40,308 nt of DNA from a virus (Duplodnaviria > Caudoviricetes), in the IMG/VR virus record IMGVR_UViG_3300022178_002955, positions 1 through 40,308 of that record, one strand, 5' to 3'. Below, piece by piece: positions 26,683-35,660 of this stretch. A program made the translations under genes and the position numbers. Within the stretch, counting starts at the first letter, position 1. Every line of letters starts with the position of its first letter. The notes beneath the pieces were generated by a model. That model saw only the letters and a list, made by a program, of their open reading frames with translations, made no database searches and had not been told where the DNA came from.

Positions 26683-27323
26683 TGTCTACTCTTATCTGTA
26701 ATTTACCTTCCGTAGATGTATGGGTTAGAAAAGAATATCTAAGAGATCTTGAAGATGGACATGGGGAATTTGTAAAAGGTGTATGGGTTACTGCAAAATC
26801 TATTCCTGGTAGAAGTTTTTACTTTGAAACTTACCTTCCTGATTATGGTGCTTTGTATGACAAACTACCTATTTCTGCATTCGTTTCTAGATCAGATACC
26901 CCGACTCCAGATATGGATCTTTTCAATCTTCAGTTTTGGAATTGTATGGATTATGGCGTGGTATCTGTTCATAAGCAATTTATAGGCTCGATGGATTTTG
27001 AAATTCTTACTAGGGATCATGGTGCAATGATGGGTCGATACATTTGTACGATAGATAACTATCATCAAGATCCAGACGTAGTTGATTATGCTACCAGTGA
27101 ATCACCAGCGGAACACAAATCATTTAATTTAATTGAATTAAAAAACGGACAATTTTGTTTATACCCTAACAATAGAATGAGGGTTTATGACAATTCTTTA
27201 ACACCCGAGAAGCCATTGCAACCAGACTTCAAAGTGAGTACAATAGAGTATCAAGTCGAGAATGGTCAAAGATTCAGACTTGGCGATACAGATGAATACT
27301 TTTGGAAAACCAAAGATGAATGA
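26682..27323 (+). CDS. Conserved marine phage hypothetical protein
   Basis: WVRKEYL.D...GHGEF, YDKLPISAF, LQFWNCMDY, EHKS, NGQF.LYPNNR motifs recalled from marine phage proteins; function unknown. Confidence 0.7.
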   Translation: MSTLICNLPSVDVWVRKEYLRDLEDGHGEFVKGVWVTAKSIPGRSFYFETYLPDYGALYDKLPISAFVSRSDTPTPDMDLFNLQFWNCMDYGVVSVHKQFIGSMDFEILTRDHGAMMGRYICTIDNYHQDPDVVDYATSESPAEHKSFNLIELKNGQFCLYPNNRMRVYDNSLTPEKPLQPDFKVSTIEYQVENGQRFRLGDTDEYFWKTKDE

Positions 27324-27517
27324 TAGAGTTTGCTTTAGTCTATATGATAGGCACAATAATAATTAACCAGGATCAAACATTTCCAAATGTTAATGATTGC
27401 CTGTATTTTGCTAGACGACTAAACGAACAACCAGAGATTCCATACCCCAATGACAAGACCAGAAAGATCACAGCCTATTGTAAGCCCGTGCCGAAACGTC
27501 TGCAAAATAGAAAATAA
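27320..27517 (+). CDS. Small Cys-containing hypothetical protein
   Basis: ATGA coupling; hydrophobic strand, FPNVNDC, ITAYCKP. Confidence 0.6.
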   Translation: MIEFALVYMIGTIIINQDQTFPNVNDCLYFARRLNEQPEIPYPNDKTRKITAYCKPVPKRLQNRK

Positions 27518-27644
27518 TATTTGTATCGGATGCTTTAGGACTCTTGATGAAATATCTGTGTGGTCAAAGCTATCTAGCCTAAAACGTAGCGAAATTATGG
27601 AATCTGCTAAAAAACGAGGCTCTCAGATGCCTCAGAATCGTTGA
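27450..27644 (+). CDS. DUF1289-family Cys-rich protein
   Basis: SPCRNVC...CIGCFRTLDEISVW is the DUF1289 signature. Confidence 0.8.
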   Translation: MTRPERSQPIVSPCRNVCKIENNICIGCFRTLDEISVWSKLSSLKRSEIMESAKKRGSQMPQNR

Positions 27645-27725
27645 AACGTAAGGCTTTGGTGTAATACCTACCTAAAATAGTCATCTCTTTTGTACAATTA
27701 TAATACCCACCGTAGAATTAATTCA

Positions 27726-27738
27726 TGCCTTTTTAGCA
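27726..27738 (+). promoter_or_regulatory. Putative LysR-type binding box upstream of the DUF1127 gene
   Basis: TGC-CTTTTTA-GCA (T-N11-A), about 50 nt upstream of a -10-like TATAAA at 27786-27791. Confidence 0.45.
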
Positions 27739-27835
27739 ATAATATCTTTCATTTTTGCTCTGTTCTCTATTGTTCAGAATAAATGTATAAATAAAAAATG
27801 CAGAGTTAAGCACAAACATAAAAAAGGAAATACGA

Positions 27836-28036
27836 ATGTTATCAAATTGGTTTTATAAATTTAAGATAGGAAGAACAATTACAGCTTTACATAGTTTGGA
27901 TGATGCCACACTAAAAGATATAGGTATACACAGATCAAATATTAGATCTCATGCATATGAAATGTTTGAAAAAGAAAAACCTGTAGATGATCCTATGTCA
28001 GAACTACATGATTTGTACGCAAAATCTACTTACTAA
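27836..28036 (+). CDS. DUF1127-family small protein
   Basis: RTITALHSLDDATLKDIGIHRSNI matches the L..L.D..L.DIG..R..I signature; SD AAGGA. Confidence 0.85.
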   Translation: MLSNWFYKFKIGRTITALHSLDDATLKDIGIHRSNIRSHAYEMFEKEKPVDDPMSELHDLYAKSTY

Positions 28037-29946
28037 TCTACTTCGCCCCAATTGTTACATAAAGCAGTGTCAACTTCAAAAGGCACTTTTAAGTCAGGTA
28101 CACAAGTGGTCATGATTTCTACAATCTTGTCTGCTTGTTCTTGACTCTCTATATTAAAACATAATTCATCATGCACAGTTAGTGTTGGACATAAGCCTTC
28201 TTTGTAACACTCAACCATGGCTTTCTTAGTTTGGTCAGCACTTGAACCCTGGATTAATCTATTAAGTGCTTTGTATGTAAAGGCTCTTCTAAGTCTACCT
28301 TTACTTCCATATTCTTTGATGGCTTCTTCCATAGGCAAAGCTCTGTTAAATCCAAAGGATACAGGCTCATACATATCAAACCTACATTTACGCCCTAACC
28401 AAGTTCTTATGACACCTGTGCTTGCAGCACGATCCATGGCTTTTTCAGATAAAGATCTTAGAAAAGGAACTTTTTTATTATATGTCTCTAAAAGTGATGA
28501 AGCTTCGTCTATATCTATGTCCATAACATTAGCTAATTTACCTTTACCCATACCATACATAATACCAAGATTTACTGTCTTAGCTTGTTTTCTAGGAATA
28601 TTAGCCATATCTGCAACCATTTGATGAAAGTCAGCATTTCCATCATGATACATTTTAACAACGTCATCAATCTGTGGATGTTTATCTACACCTGTCAAGG
28701 TGGCACAATAATGAACTAACCATCTTGGTTCTTGTGATGCATAATCAAAGGAACCCCATTTGTGGCCCTCCTCCGGGATAAACAAACCACGAATTAATTT
28801 TTTGATCTCAGGATCTCGTGCAGGAATCTGTTGCAAATTGGGGTTACTTGAGCTAAAACGACCTGTAACCGTACCACCACCATCGGAACGAAGGGGATGA
28901 AAATCGCAATGTATTCTACCATTATGAGAATGTTCAAGTATAGTATCAACAAATGTCGTATTGGCTTTGTTTATCTCTCTAATTTTTATAATTTTTTTAG
29001 CAATTGGATGAGAGTTATTAGCAAGAAATTGTTTTGTAAACATGGGAGCCCCGGACTTCTCTGTGCGAGAATAAGAAAGTCCCACAGCATCAAAGACCTT
29101 TGCTACAGATGTGGCGACCCAAGGTTCAACCGTGACTCCAGTTTCTTTGACTATCTCTTGTATAAGTGATTCTTCTATTTTAGTTAAATCTTTTTTAGTC
29201 TGGTGTGCTTTTTCTACATCGACACGAACACCTTTTGTTTTCATCTCAAACAGTACAGGTAGTAAACTAGTTTCTAATTGAAAAATGCTTGAGCATTCCT
29301 GTTGATTTATTTTTTTACTTAAATCTTCCCAAAGTTTTAAGGTAATCAAGGCATCTTGTTCGGCATACTTACCAACATATCTAGGAGGTAATTGCCACAT
29401 ACCAGATTTAGGATCAACTCCAAACTCATCCGCTGCGGATTTTAATAGTTTTTCATCTTTAAATTTTCCCAAATAGTCACGAGCAAGAGAATTTAAGTTA
29501 TACCACTTCCTATTTTCATCTAGTAAAGGAGCAGCAATCATCGTGTCTACAATTTTACCTTTGACTTCTATACCCTCTGCTCTTAACCACCCTAAGTCAT
29601 ATAAAGCATTATGAAAAACTTTAGTTATACTTTCGTCATTACATAATTTTTGTAGCCATTTGTAAACTATGTTCTTTGACATATTCCCAGACTTATGTGC
29701 GACAGGAAAATACCAAGAACTATCTCCTGCTGCAATAGCAACTCCTATCACATATCCATCTTTTCTTGTCCAACCAGGTCCAAGAGTTAAAAGATTTGAG
29801 TCCTTTGTTTCTAAGTCAATAGCAACTGTTTCGTATTGAGATAAATCTGGAAAAGTTTGAGGTGGCTCCCAATCAGAATCTACATTCCCCCAGGAAACAT
29901 CTTTAATATCTTGATCTAGTAAATGATATTGATCATGTTTTGTCAT
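28033..29946 (-). CDS. polA: DNA polymerase family A with a 3'-5' exonuclease domain
   Basis: DLET, FHNALYD, YAEQDA exonuclease motifs; TGRFSSSNPNLQQIP, DYASQEPR, KTVNLGIMYG, IQGSSAD, TVHDEL. Confidence 0.97.
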   Translation of the reverse strand: MTKHDQYHLLDQDIKDVSWGNVDSDWEPPQTFPDLSQYETVAIDLETKDSNLLTLGPGWTRKDGYVIGVAIAAGDSSWYFPVAHKSGNMSKNIVYKWLQKLCNDESITKVFHNALYDLGWLRAEGIEVKGKIVDTMIAAPLLDENRKWYNLNSLARDYLGKFKDEKLLKSAADEFGVDPKSGMWQLPPRYVGKYAEQDALITLKLWEDLSKKINQQECSSIFQLETSLLPVLFEMKTKGVRVDVEKAHQTKKDLTKIEESLIQEIVKETGVTVEPWVATSVAKVFDAVGLSYSRTEKSGAPMFTKQFLANNSHPIAKKIIKIREINKANTTFVDTILEHSHNGRIHCDFHPLRSDGGGTVTGRFSSSNPNLQQIPARDPEIKKLIRGLFIPEEGHKWGSFDYASQEPRWLVHYCATLTGVDKHPQIDDVVKMYHDGNADFHQMVADMANIPRKQAKTVNLGIMYGMGKGKLANVMDIDIDEASSLLETYNKKVPFLRSLSEKAMDRAASTGVIRTWLGRKCRFDMYEPVSFGFNRALPMEEAIKEYGSKGRLRRAFTYKALNRLIQGSSADQTKKAMVECYKEGLCPTLTVHDELCFNIESQEQADKIVEIMTTCVPDLKVPFEVDTALCNNWGEVD

Positions 29947-30223
29947 TTATTATTTCTCCACCGAGGGCTGCGTATCCAATAACATCCGTCCAAGAATCGT
30001 CCTTAGATATGTCTTCGGCAAGTCTAGCTACCTTGACACCTATCATACAAGCAACAACTTCTTCTGGTGTAATACGATCATTAAGTTTTTTGTCTAGCAA
30101 GATAGTCCATATATCAGCTATACGTTGATGATTCTTTTTTGCAGGTCCGTACTCTTTGGCTCTTTGACCATTAATTAGTCTCTCTGCTTCCTTTAAAAAA
30201 TATTCTCTGTTTTTGTTTGTCAA
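29933..30223 (-). CDS. DUF6378-like protein (putative nucleotide-metabolism associated)
   Basis: R.KEYG..N..RIA.IW..V..CM..VKVAR..DSWTD..GYAALG; TTG start with GGAG. Confidence 0.75.
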   Translation of the reverse strand: MTNKNREYFLKEAERLINGQRAKEYGPAKKNHQRIADIWTILLDKKLNDRITPEEVVACMIGVKVARLAEDISKDDSWTDVIGYAALGGEIINDKT

Positions 30224-30329
30224 AAGGATTCTCCGTTGTTGTATCTAATAATGTGCATTCATTGTGAACATAACTGTCCCAAAATATTGTGCCTTCTTCA
30301 TTTTTTTGTAAGAACCATATCTTTGTCAT
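30171..30329 (-). CDS. 52-aa hypothetical protein (not in ORF track)
   Basis: MTKIWFLQKNEEGTIFWDSY..; ATGA-coupled to the helicase stop; fills the gap. Confidence 0.45.
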   Translation of the reverse strand: MTKIWFLQKNEEGTIFWDSYVHNECTLLDTTTENPFDKQKQRIFFKGSRETN

Positions 30330-31840
30330 ATGTTAAATCCATATTTACTTGTTGATTCTATTAAGTGTAATGATTTTTTAGCACGAGTTGCACCTACATA
30401 AAAAGTTCTTATCTCAGAATCTTGATCAAGACTTTCCATGCAAGCTCTAGTTGAGTCAAGTAGCAAGACTACATTATCCGCCTCGCCACCTTTTGCTTTG
30501 TGTATTGTCGATATCCGAATCCTCGGAGTCCCTGTCAGTATTTTCTCTCCCCTTCTCCTCACTGATGTTATATATGCAACTTCTTGATCCGAGACTTTTA
30601 AGACTTTCTGCCAAGGTGTCTCGTGTGTAGCGTTCAAATTGCACTTGTTTATAATGTCGTCTAGAGTATAAGTTTGTTCGGCATCTAAGGACAATAATGC
30701 TTTTCTTCCTGATCTTGTTATAATACTTGGATCTAAAATCTTCGCAAAACTTTGTAGTTCTGATGTAGACAAGCTTTTGTTTTTGCATAGTTTAAGCCAT
30801 ACCTCTATTCCATTAATAACATTTGGGGAAACAGACCAACCAGTGCCTTCTCTCCAATAGAGATAGCCATCTTCTTTAAGACGATTACATATTTTGTTCG
30901 TAATATAATTAGTTCTCGCAAGTACCAACCATTCGCCACTAGTTAAGTCTACATCAAGTATATCTCGATGCCATGTTATAGTGCCATCTTTTTTAGTGGG
31001 TTGCCAATTCTTTGTTTGTCTGGTAGAGACTTTTCTAATAAGACTTTGTGAAAAATCATGCACGGCACTTGGTACACGAAACGATTTTGTTAAGAACAAT
31101 TTGTCTCTACATGAATTTAAAAAGTCTCTTACATTTACGCCCATCCAAGTATAGATAGCTTGATCATCGTCCCCTGCATAATATATTCTTTTAGAATTAG
31201 GAACTAAAACTTCCTTTACCATCTTCCATTGCAATGGTGCTAAATCCTGTGCTTCATCTATTATAAGTAGATCAAAACTAGGAGATGTTCCTTGTTCTAT
31301 AAACTTTTGTATCATATCAACAAAGTCTAATTTGTTCTTAGCTTCTTTAAAATCACTATATGCTTTATCTAATACTTTTAATTGTTGCCAATGTAATGTG
31401 TGATCCCAAGTATCATTGAATTGTTGTTCCAAAGATACTTCTCTAACACGAGCCATTTGAATTATGGACATATATTTATCTCCACCTGCACCTATCTGAA
31501 ACAAAGGTCCCTCTTCTATATTAAGAGTAGGAGATGATCTAAACTCTAGTCCAACAAGTTTACCAAGTTCATTATAGTCCGATCCCTTAAACACTCTTTT
31601 ACTTTCTAAACCTAACCAAGTAAAAGCAAGAGAATGTAATGTTCTAAAATAAATCATTTGCTTTGTATCTAGCCCGAGTTCAATAGCAGATCTATCTCTA
31701 GCTTCAGTTGCTGCTTTACGGCTAAAAGACATGAATGCAATCTTAGTTGGATCCATACCATCTTGGATAGACTTCTTTATTATATCAATTAATGTTGTAG
31801 TTTTACCTGTACCAGGGGGACCGAAGATTACAGTTTCCAT
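30326..31840 (-). CDS. UvrD/Rep-like SF1 helicase
   Basis: GPPGTGKTT, IDEAQD, GDDDQAIY, STIHKAKGGEADNV, YVGATRAK. Confidence 0.95.
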   Translation of the reverse strand: METVIFGPPGTGKTTTLIDIIKKSIQDGMDPTKIAFMSFSRKAATEARDRSAIELGLDTKQMIYFRTLHSLAFTWLGLESKRVFKGSDYNELGKLVGLEFRSSPTLNIEEGPLFQIGAGGDKYMSIIQMARVREVSLEQQFNDTWDHTLHWQQLKVLDKAYSDFKEAKNKLDFVDMIQKFIEQGTSPSFDLLIIDEAQDLAPLQWKMVKEVLVPNSKRIYYAGDDDQAIYTWMGVNVRDFLNSCRDKLFLTKSFRVPSAVHDFSQSLIRKVSTRQTKNWQPTKKDGTITWHRDILDVDLTSGEWLVLARTNYITNKICNRLKEDGYLYWREGTGWSVSPNVINGIEVWLKLCKNKSLSTSELQSFAKILDPSIITRSGRKALLSLDAEQTYTLDDIINKCNLNATHETPWQKVLKVSDQEVAYITSVRRRGEKILTGTPRIRISTIHKAKGGEADNVVLLLDSTRACMESLDQDSEIRTFYVGATRAKKSLHLIESTSKYGFNI

Positions 31841-32085
31841 TAATTATAACTCTCCCAATCCACAGATTCAGTTCTTTTATCTATATAATCTTTAACCATT
31901 TTTATATTTCTAACCATCTCTTGATAGTAAGTTAGTTCCACTCTTTCTTTTTGAGTAAGAGATGCAGGTAGCTTTCTCATTGATCTTTCAACTGTTTTAA
32001 AAACATCTAAATACTGATTTAAAACTTCAATACAAATGTCGTGCTTTTTATCACTTCGCATTCTCTCCACAAACTCCTTTTGCAT
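31840..32085 (-). CDS. Hypothetical protein
   Basis: In operon; coupled to the helicase start. Confidence 0.6.
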   Translation of the reverse strand: MQKEFVERMRSDKKHDICIEVLNQYLDVFKTVERSMRKLPASLTQKERVELTYYQEMVRNIKMVKDYIDKRTESVDWESYN

Positions 32086-32278
32086 ATATTTTGACTGCCT
32101 TTGGATGAATTTTCCAAGCCTCTTCCACTATATAATCTTCGATTAATTTTTTATCTTTCATACATTCTTCATATGTTTTAAACTCAACACCAGGGTTCCA
32201 AAAATTACAAATTGATTTTCCACCCTTATATCTTGATTCCTCAACTAAAATAATACAAAAAGCTACTAATACTTCCAT
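32051..32278 (-). CDS. Small Cys-containing hypothetical protein
   Basis: TAATG coupling; FKTYEEC motif. Confidence 0.6.
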   Translation of the reverse strand: MEVLVAFCIILVEESRYKGGKSICNFWNPGVEFKTYEECMKDKKLIEDYIVEEAWKIHPKAVKIYAKGVCGENAK

Positions 32279-33816
32279 TAGAAAGGCACCTCCCCTGTCT
32301 CAACTTCTATGCTACTTACTTCAACTTCGGAAACAAACTCGGGTATCCACCAAACTCTGACAGACTTCCATTTTCCTGCTGATGTTTTAAATTTTTTAAC
32401 AATAGAACTTTCTTCATTATTTATTTCTTTTAATCGTTCTTGAACTTGTGCTCTTGTATAGCTATCAAACTTTTTCTGTCTCATATATTCCATTAAAGAA
32501 TCTAGCCTAAAAAAAGTTTTTCCTTCTTCTACTTCGGTATAGGGCTTACCCAACATGACTTCTTCAAATGTTTGTGCTTGAACACGACCTGTGCAATATG
32601 CCTCTAGTATTGATATGAACTGACCTTTATATGTTAACTCTTCGGGGACTTGTATTTCATTACATTTCTCCATGAGATCATTAACTGTTATCTCCCAATC
32701 AGAATCTTTTAGTTTCGGGGGCATAACCTTTAACTGTTCCATACATGCTCTTTGAAACAAACGAGGTGCTTGTAATTCTTCTGTTGTTATCTCTAATCTT
32801 TGTCCACCAATATCTACAAACCATAATCTTGGCTCTGATAAAATAACAGATAAACCGCTTATACTTGGCATTGATGTAGCACCAATACCTAATTTCATAG
32901 TTCTACAAACACCTTGATTACAATGTGATGCCATAGGTTCTTCTTTACAAAGATACTGATATTCTTTTTTCTCTAATGTGTTTTGTATAGCTACAACTTC
33001 AGATGCTGATAGGGGTGGATGAAAGTCTCTTACATTATGTTCTTCAAACTTTGCTTTCCAATTCCCTGGTTCAAGCCTTTGTAGAAAAACTCCTAGTTGA
33101 AATGCTGTTCTGTTTCTTTCTCCTTCAAATACACCAATAGCTAATTTAGTTCTAAGGCAAGGTATATAATTAGGTAATAAATCAACAGGACCACCTATCG
33201 GTAATGTTAGAAAGTCCTTCGGTAACGTCTGGACTTTTTGTATCTCTTCAATGAATTGTTGTAGCGATGCTTCAATATACTCCTCATCTCTTTTGAGTAT
33301 TGCATATCGGAGTGTTTGCTCTGAATCAAAATACGGAAGATTAATAAAGTTACCAACATCCCCCCTTTCGACAAGAATCTGTTCTTGCTTTGGGAATATC
33401 TCGCACCGACCATGCCCAAGTGCTGAAGAAATCTCCGCAGCTTTGTCTCTAAAATCTCCTGCACTCATCCACTCCTTAAAGAAAAAGAATATATGTGCAC
33501 CTCCAGATTTACTACGGCACACGATACACGGAACTTTAAGTTCCTCTAATTTATCTACTAATTTATTATGATCTAATGGATACTGATCTATATCTAAAGC
33601 ACCAAACTTACATTTGTTTTCTTCATTAATAGGTATAGCACCAACACCTTTTGTGCCTTTTATATGACCTTCTATTAATTGTAATGTAAGAGGATTTCTT
33701 ACTATAAATGATTTTGCCTTTTGTTTTCCTGCGGTACGTTCTTGTGATACTTCGGTCTGACCATGAGCCGTACTAAAACCAATAAAGGCTTGTAATAATT
33801 CTTCTGCTAAATTCAC
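32278..33816 (-). CDS. Archaeo-eukaryotic primase-like protein (AEP + PriCT)
   Basis: LDID, RSKSGGAHIF, GNFINLPY, EGERN; GTG start with GGAG. Confidence 0.85.
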   Translation of the reverse strand: MNLAEELLQAFIGFSTAHGQTEVSQERTAGKQKAKSFIVRNPLTLQLIEGHIKGTKGVGAIPINEENKCKFGALDIDQYPLDHNKLVDKLEELKVPCIVCRSKSGGAHIFFFFKEWMSAGDFRDKAAEISSALGHGRCEIFPKQEQILVERGDVGNFINLPYFDSEQTLRYAILKRDEEYIEASLQQFIEEIQKVQTLPKDFLTLPIGGPVDLLPNYIPCLRTKLAIGVFEGERNRTAFQLGVFLQRLEPGNWKAKFEEHNVRDFHPPLSASEVVAIQNTLEKKEYQYLCKEEPMASHCNQGVCRTMKLGIGATSMPSISGLSVILSEPRLWFVDIGGQRLEITTEELQAPRLFQRACMEQLKVMPPKLKDSDWEITVNDLMEKCNEIQVPEELTYKGQFISILEAYCTGRVQAQTFEEVMLGKPYTEVEEGKTFFRLDSLMEYMRQKKFDSYTRAQVQERLKEINNEESSIVKKFKTSAGKWKSVRVWWIPEFVSEVEVSSIEVETGEVPF

Positions 33817-33827
33817 TCTTCACTCCA

Positions 33828-33869
33828 TAAAGAAAAGAGCCGTGACTTGGAGGACATAGCCACGGCTCT
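33828..33869 (-). terminator. Terminator/attenuator hairpin between SSB and primase
   Basis: Minus strand AGAGCCGTGGCT-ATGTCCTCCA-AGTCACGGCTCT-TTTCTTT: 12-bp stem with one G-U. Confidence 0.75.
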
Positions 33870-33875
33870 GATTAA

Positions 33876-34667
33876 TTAAAACGGTATTTCGTCATCTTTC
33901 TGTGCAGATTGCATCTCATCCGCAGGGGCAGAAGCCGTTTTAATTTCTCCTTTCCTAAAACTTAGGTACATAGTTCTAGCCTCTAACATCATAGCTTCTA
34001 GTTCTTTAGATACCTCGGTCATTCTTTCGATCTTATAGTTATACCAACTACCTTGATCGTTACTCTCTGCAATGGTTTGAATATTCCATGCAGTTCCGTA
34101 TAGTGGCATAGGCTTACCCGAAGGTAATCTTATACCATTCTTTAGAGTATTCCATCTACGAGACACTTTAAGTTGTGTCTTCTTCATATCAAGAATAGCA
34201 GGGGCTCCCATCTTAGTCTCGGGATCCATAGCCATCACAACATGTTGATGAGTTCTAACCAACTCATTCCCAGACGGCAAAATCTCTGCAGCCCCTTCAC
34301 GAGTTGTAAGACCAATGTCTTTATCATCGTGAGATAGTTCTCTTATAAAACCACCACCACTTGATCTTAGTGCAAACTCCAAGAACTTCTTCTCAAAGAA
34401 ACAAGGTACAACGATCACTCCTTGATCTGCCTTGTATACTTGTTGAGAAACAGTATTGAAGATATCCCCCTGCTCGGCACCCTTTATATATAAAGAGTCC
34501 TGCTTATTTAATTGAGGAGACAATGCCTGCAAAATCCTTATAAAAGGTATTTGCATATCTTCCGTACCAAAGTTCTCAAGTCCTGCCCCTGCCTCTTCCT
34601 CTAGTAAAGATGAAAGATTCGGGATAACTACATCTGTAGTTACTTTTTCTGCTAGTGCATTGCTCAT
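33876..34667 (-). CDS. Single-stranded DNA-binding protein (putative)
   Basis: IPFIRILQALSPQ, SRRWN, NDQGSWY, acidic tail DDEIPF. Confidence 0.7.
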   Translation of the reverse strand: MSNALAEKVTTDVVIPNLSSLLEEEAGAGLENFGTEDMQIPFIRILQALSPQLNKQDSLYIKGAEQGDIFNTVSQQVYKADQGVIVVPCFFEKKFLEFALRSSGGGFIRELSHDDKDIGLTTREGAAEILPSGNELVRTHQHVVMAMDPETKMGAPAILDMKKTQLKVSRRWNTLKNGIRLPSGKPMPLYGTAWNIQTIAESNDQGSWYNYKIERMTEVSKELEAMMLEARTMYLSFRKGEIKTASAPADEMQSAQKDDEIPF

Positions 34668-35236
34668 TATTTAGCTCCTTTTATTTTTGCACGATTACCA
34701 ACATAAATTCCGAACATATCAAAATCAATTTCTTGATTCTTCTCTATTCGGTTCTTCGCCCAAGTCCTTAACGTCATTGGATGTATATGAGTCTTTTGAG
34801 CAGGGGATAATCCTTGATTGCGTAAATCATCAACCACGGCTCCCGCTACATTGTCCTGACCCATTCCAAAGCCGACAACAACTTCGTTCTTAATTATATC
34901 GCCTTCGCCAATAGAACGAATGAAACCAAAAGCTTCACTCTTCCTATCCTCAGGAATACGAGCCGATACATATTTTTCTATAGAAACTTTGTTGCCGTCA
35001 ACAGTAAGACTTTCAACACCAATCTCTTCCATTAATGATGGAATATCTTCTTCATCAATGGTTCGTTTTTTGTATTGTAAGTCTTTAAGATATTGTTCGG
35101 CATCTTTGACTTGCTTATCAAGATCAACAGATTGCCGAATCAAGTTAGATAGCTTAGAAGAACCTTCCTTGCTAACTTTATTAAATGCATCCGGGTTGGC
35201 TACATCTTCTTCAAAAAGTGAAAACACATCACTCAT
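34667..35236 (-). CDS. Conserved phage replication-module protein
   Basis: SD AAGGAG; coiled coil, IPSLM, GDIIKN, HPMTLRTW; upstream of SSB. Confidence 0.7.
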   Translation of the reverse strand: MSDVFSLFEEDVANPDAFNKVSKEGSSKLSNLIRQSVDLDKQVKDAEQYLKDLQYKKRTIDEEDIPSLMEEIGVESLTVDGNKVSIEKYVSARIPEDRKSEAFGFIRSIGEGDIIKNEVVVGFGMGQDNVAGAVVDDLRNQGLSPAQKTHIHPMTLRTWAKNRIEKNQEIDFDMFGIYVGNRAKIKGAK

Positions 35237-35250
35237 CTTTCTCTCCTTCT

Positions 35251-35315
35251 AGTTTAAAGTTTATACCCTTCGGTATTGGTTTAAAGGTTTTACCCTCTGG
35301 CTTCTTGTTTGTCAA
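35251..35315 (-). promoter_or_regulatory. Sigma70 promoter plus leader hairpin for the SSB operon
   Basis: TTGACA(35315-35310)-17-TAAAAC(35292-35287); leader ATACC-GAAG-GGTAT flanked by TTTAAA. Confidence 0.65.
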
Positions 35316-35469
35316 CAGGATTTGTCTGACTCTTTTTCCACAAATATTCTTGTTTTGTGAGAAAAGAAATTTGACCACCTATTGATCTTTCATTGTCTTC
35401 CGACAATTCTTTTAGCATGTCCCATGTCTTAATCGGAACTGCTACTGATTTCCATCTATCTGGATCCAT
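35290..35469 (-). CDS. Ribbon-helix-helix (Arc/CopG-like) DNA-binding protein; start revised from 35514
   Basis: SD GGAGG before MDPDRWKSVAVP..WDMLKELS..NERSIGGQISFL. Confidence 0.65.
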   Translation of the reverse strand: MDPDRWKSVAVPIKTWDMLKELSEDNERSIGGQISFLTKQEYLWKKSQTNPVDKQEARG

Positions 35470-35470
35470 G

Positions 35471-35644
35471 TTAATCGCCTCCATTTCTAAGTTCGGCTGA
35501 TATAGTTGATTCATGTAAATCAGACTCCATTAAAATTGTTCTATGAAGTGTGAGATCATTTTTTGCCTCATATTCGTTTTCTGCTTCAACAAAATACTCT
35601 TGAAGAGTTGTTTTAACTACATAAACTCTATAATCTTTTTTCAT
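35471..35644 (-). CDS. 57-aa hypothetical protein (not in ORF track)
   Basis: SD GGGAG; MKKDYRVYV..YFVEAENEYEAK..; stop abuts the next start. Confidence 0.7.
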   Translation of the reverse strand: MKKDYRVYVVKTTLQEYFVEAENEYEAKNDLTLHRTILMESDLHESTISAELRNGGD

Positions 35645-35660
35645 TGTTTACTCCCTTTTC

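Noticed and set aside
30280-30291. NrdR-box-like CAAAATATTGTG upstream of the DUF6378-like gene
   Set aside because: Single imperfect copy in AT-rich, probably coding DNA; NrdR boxes usually come in tandem.
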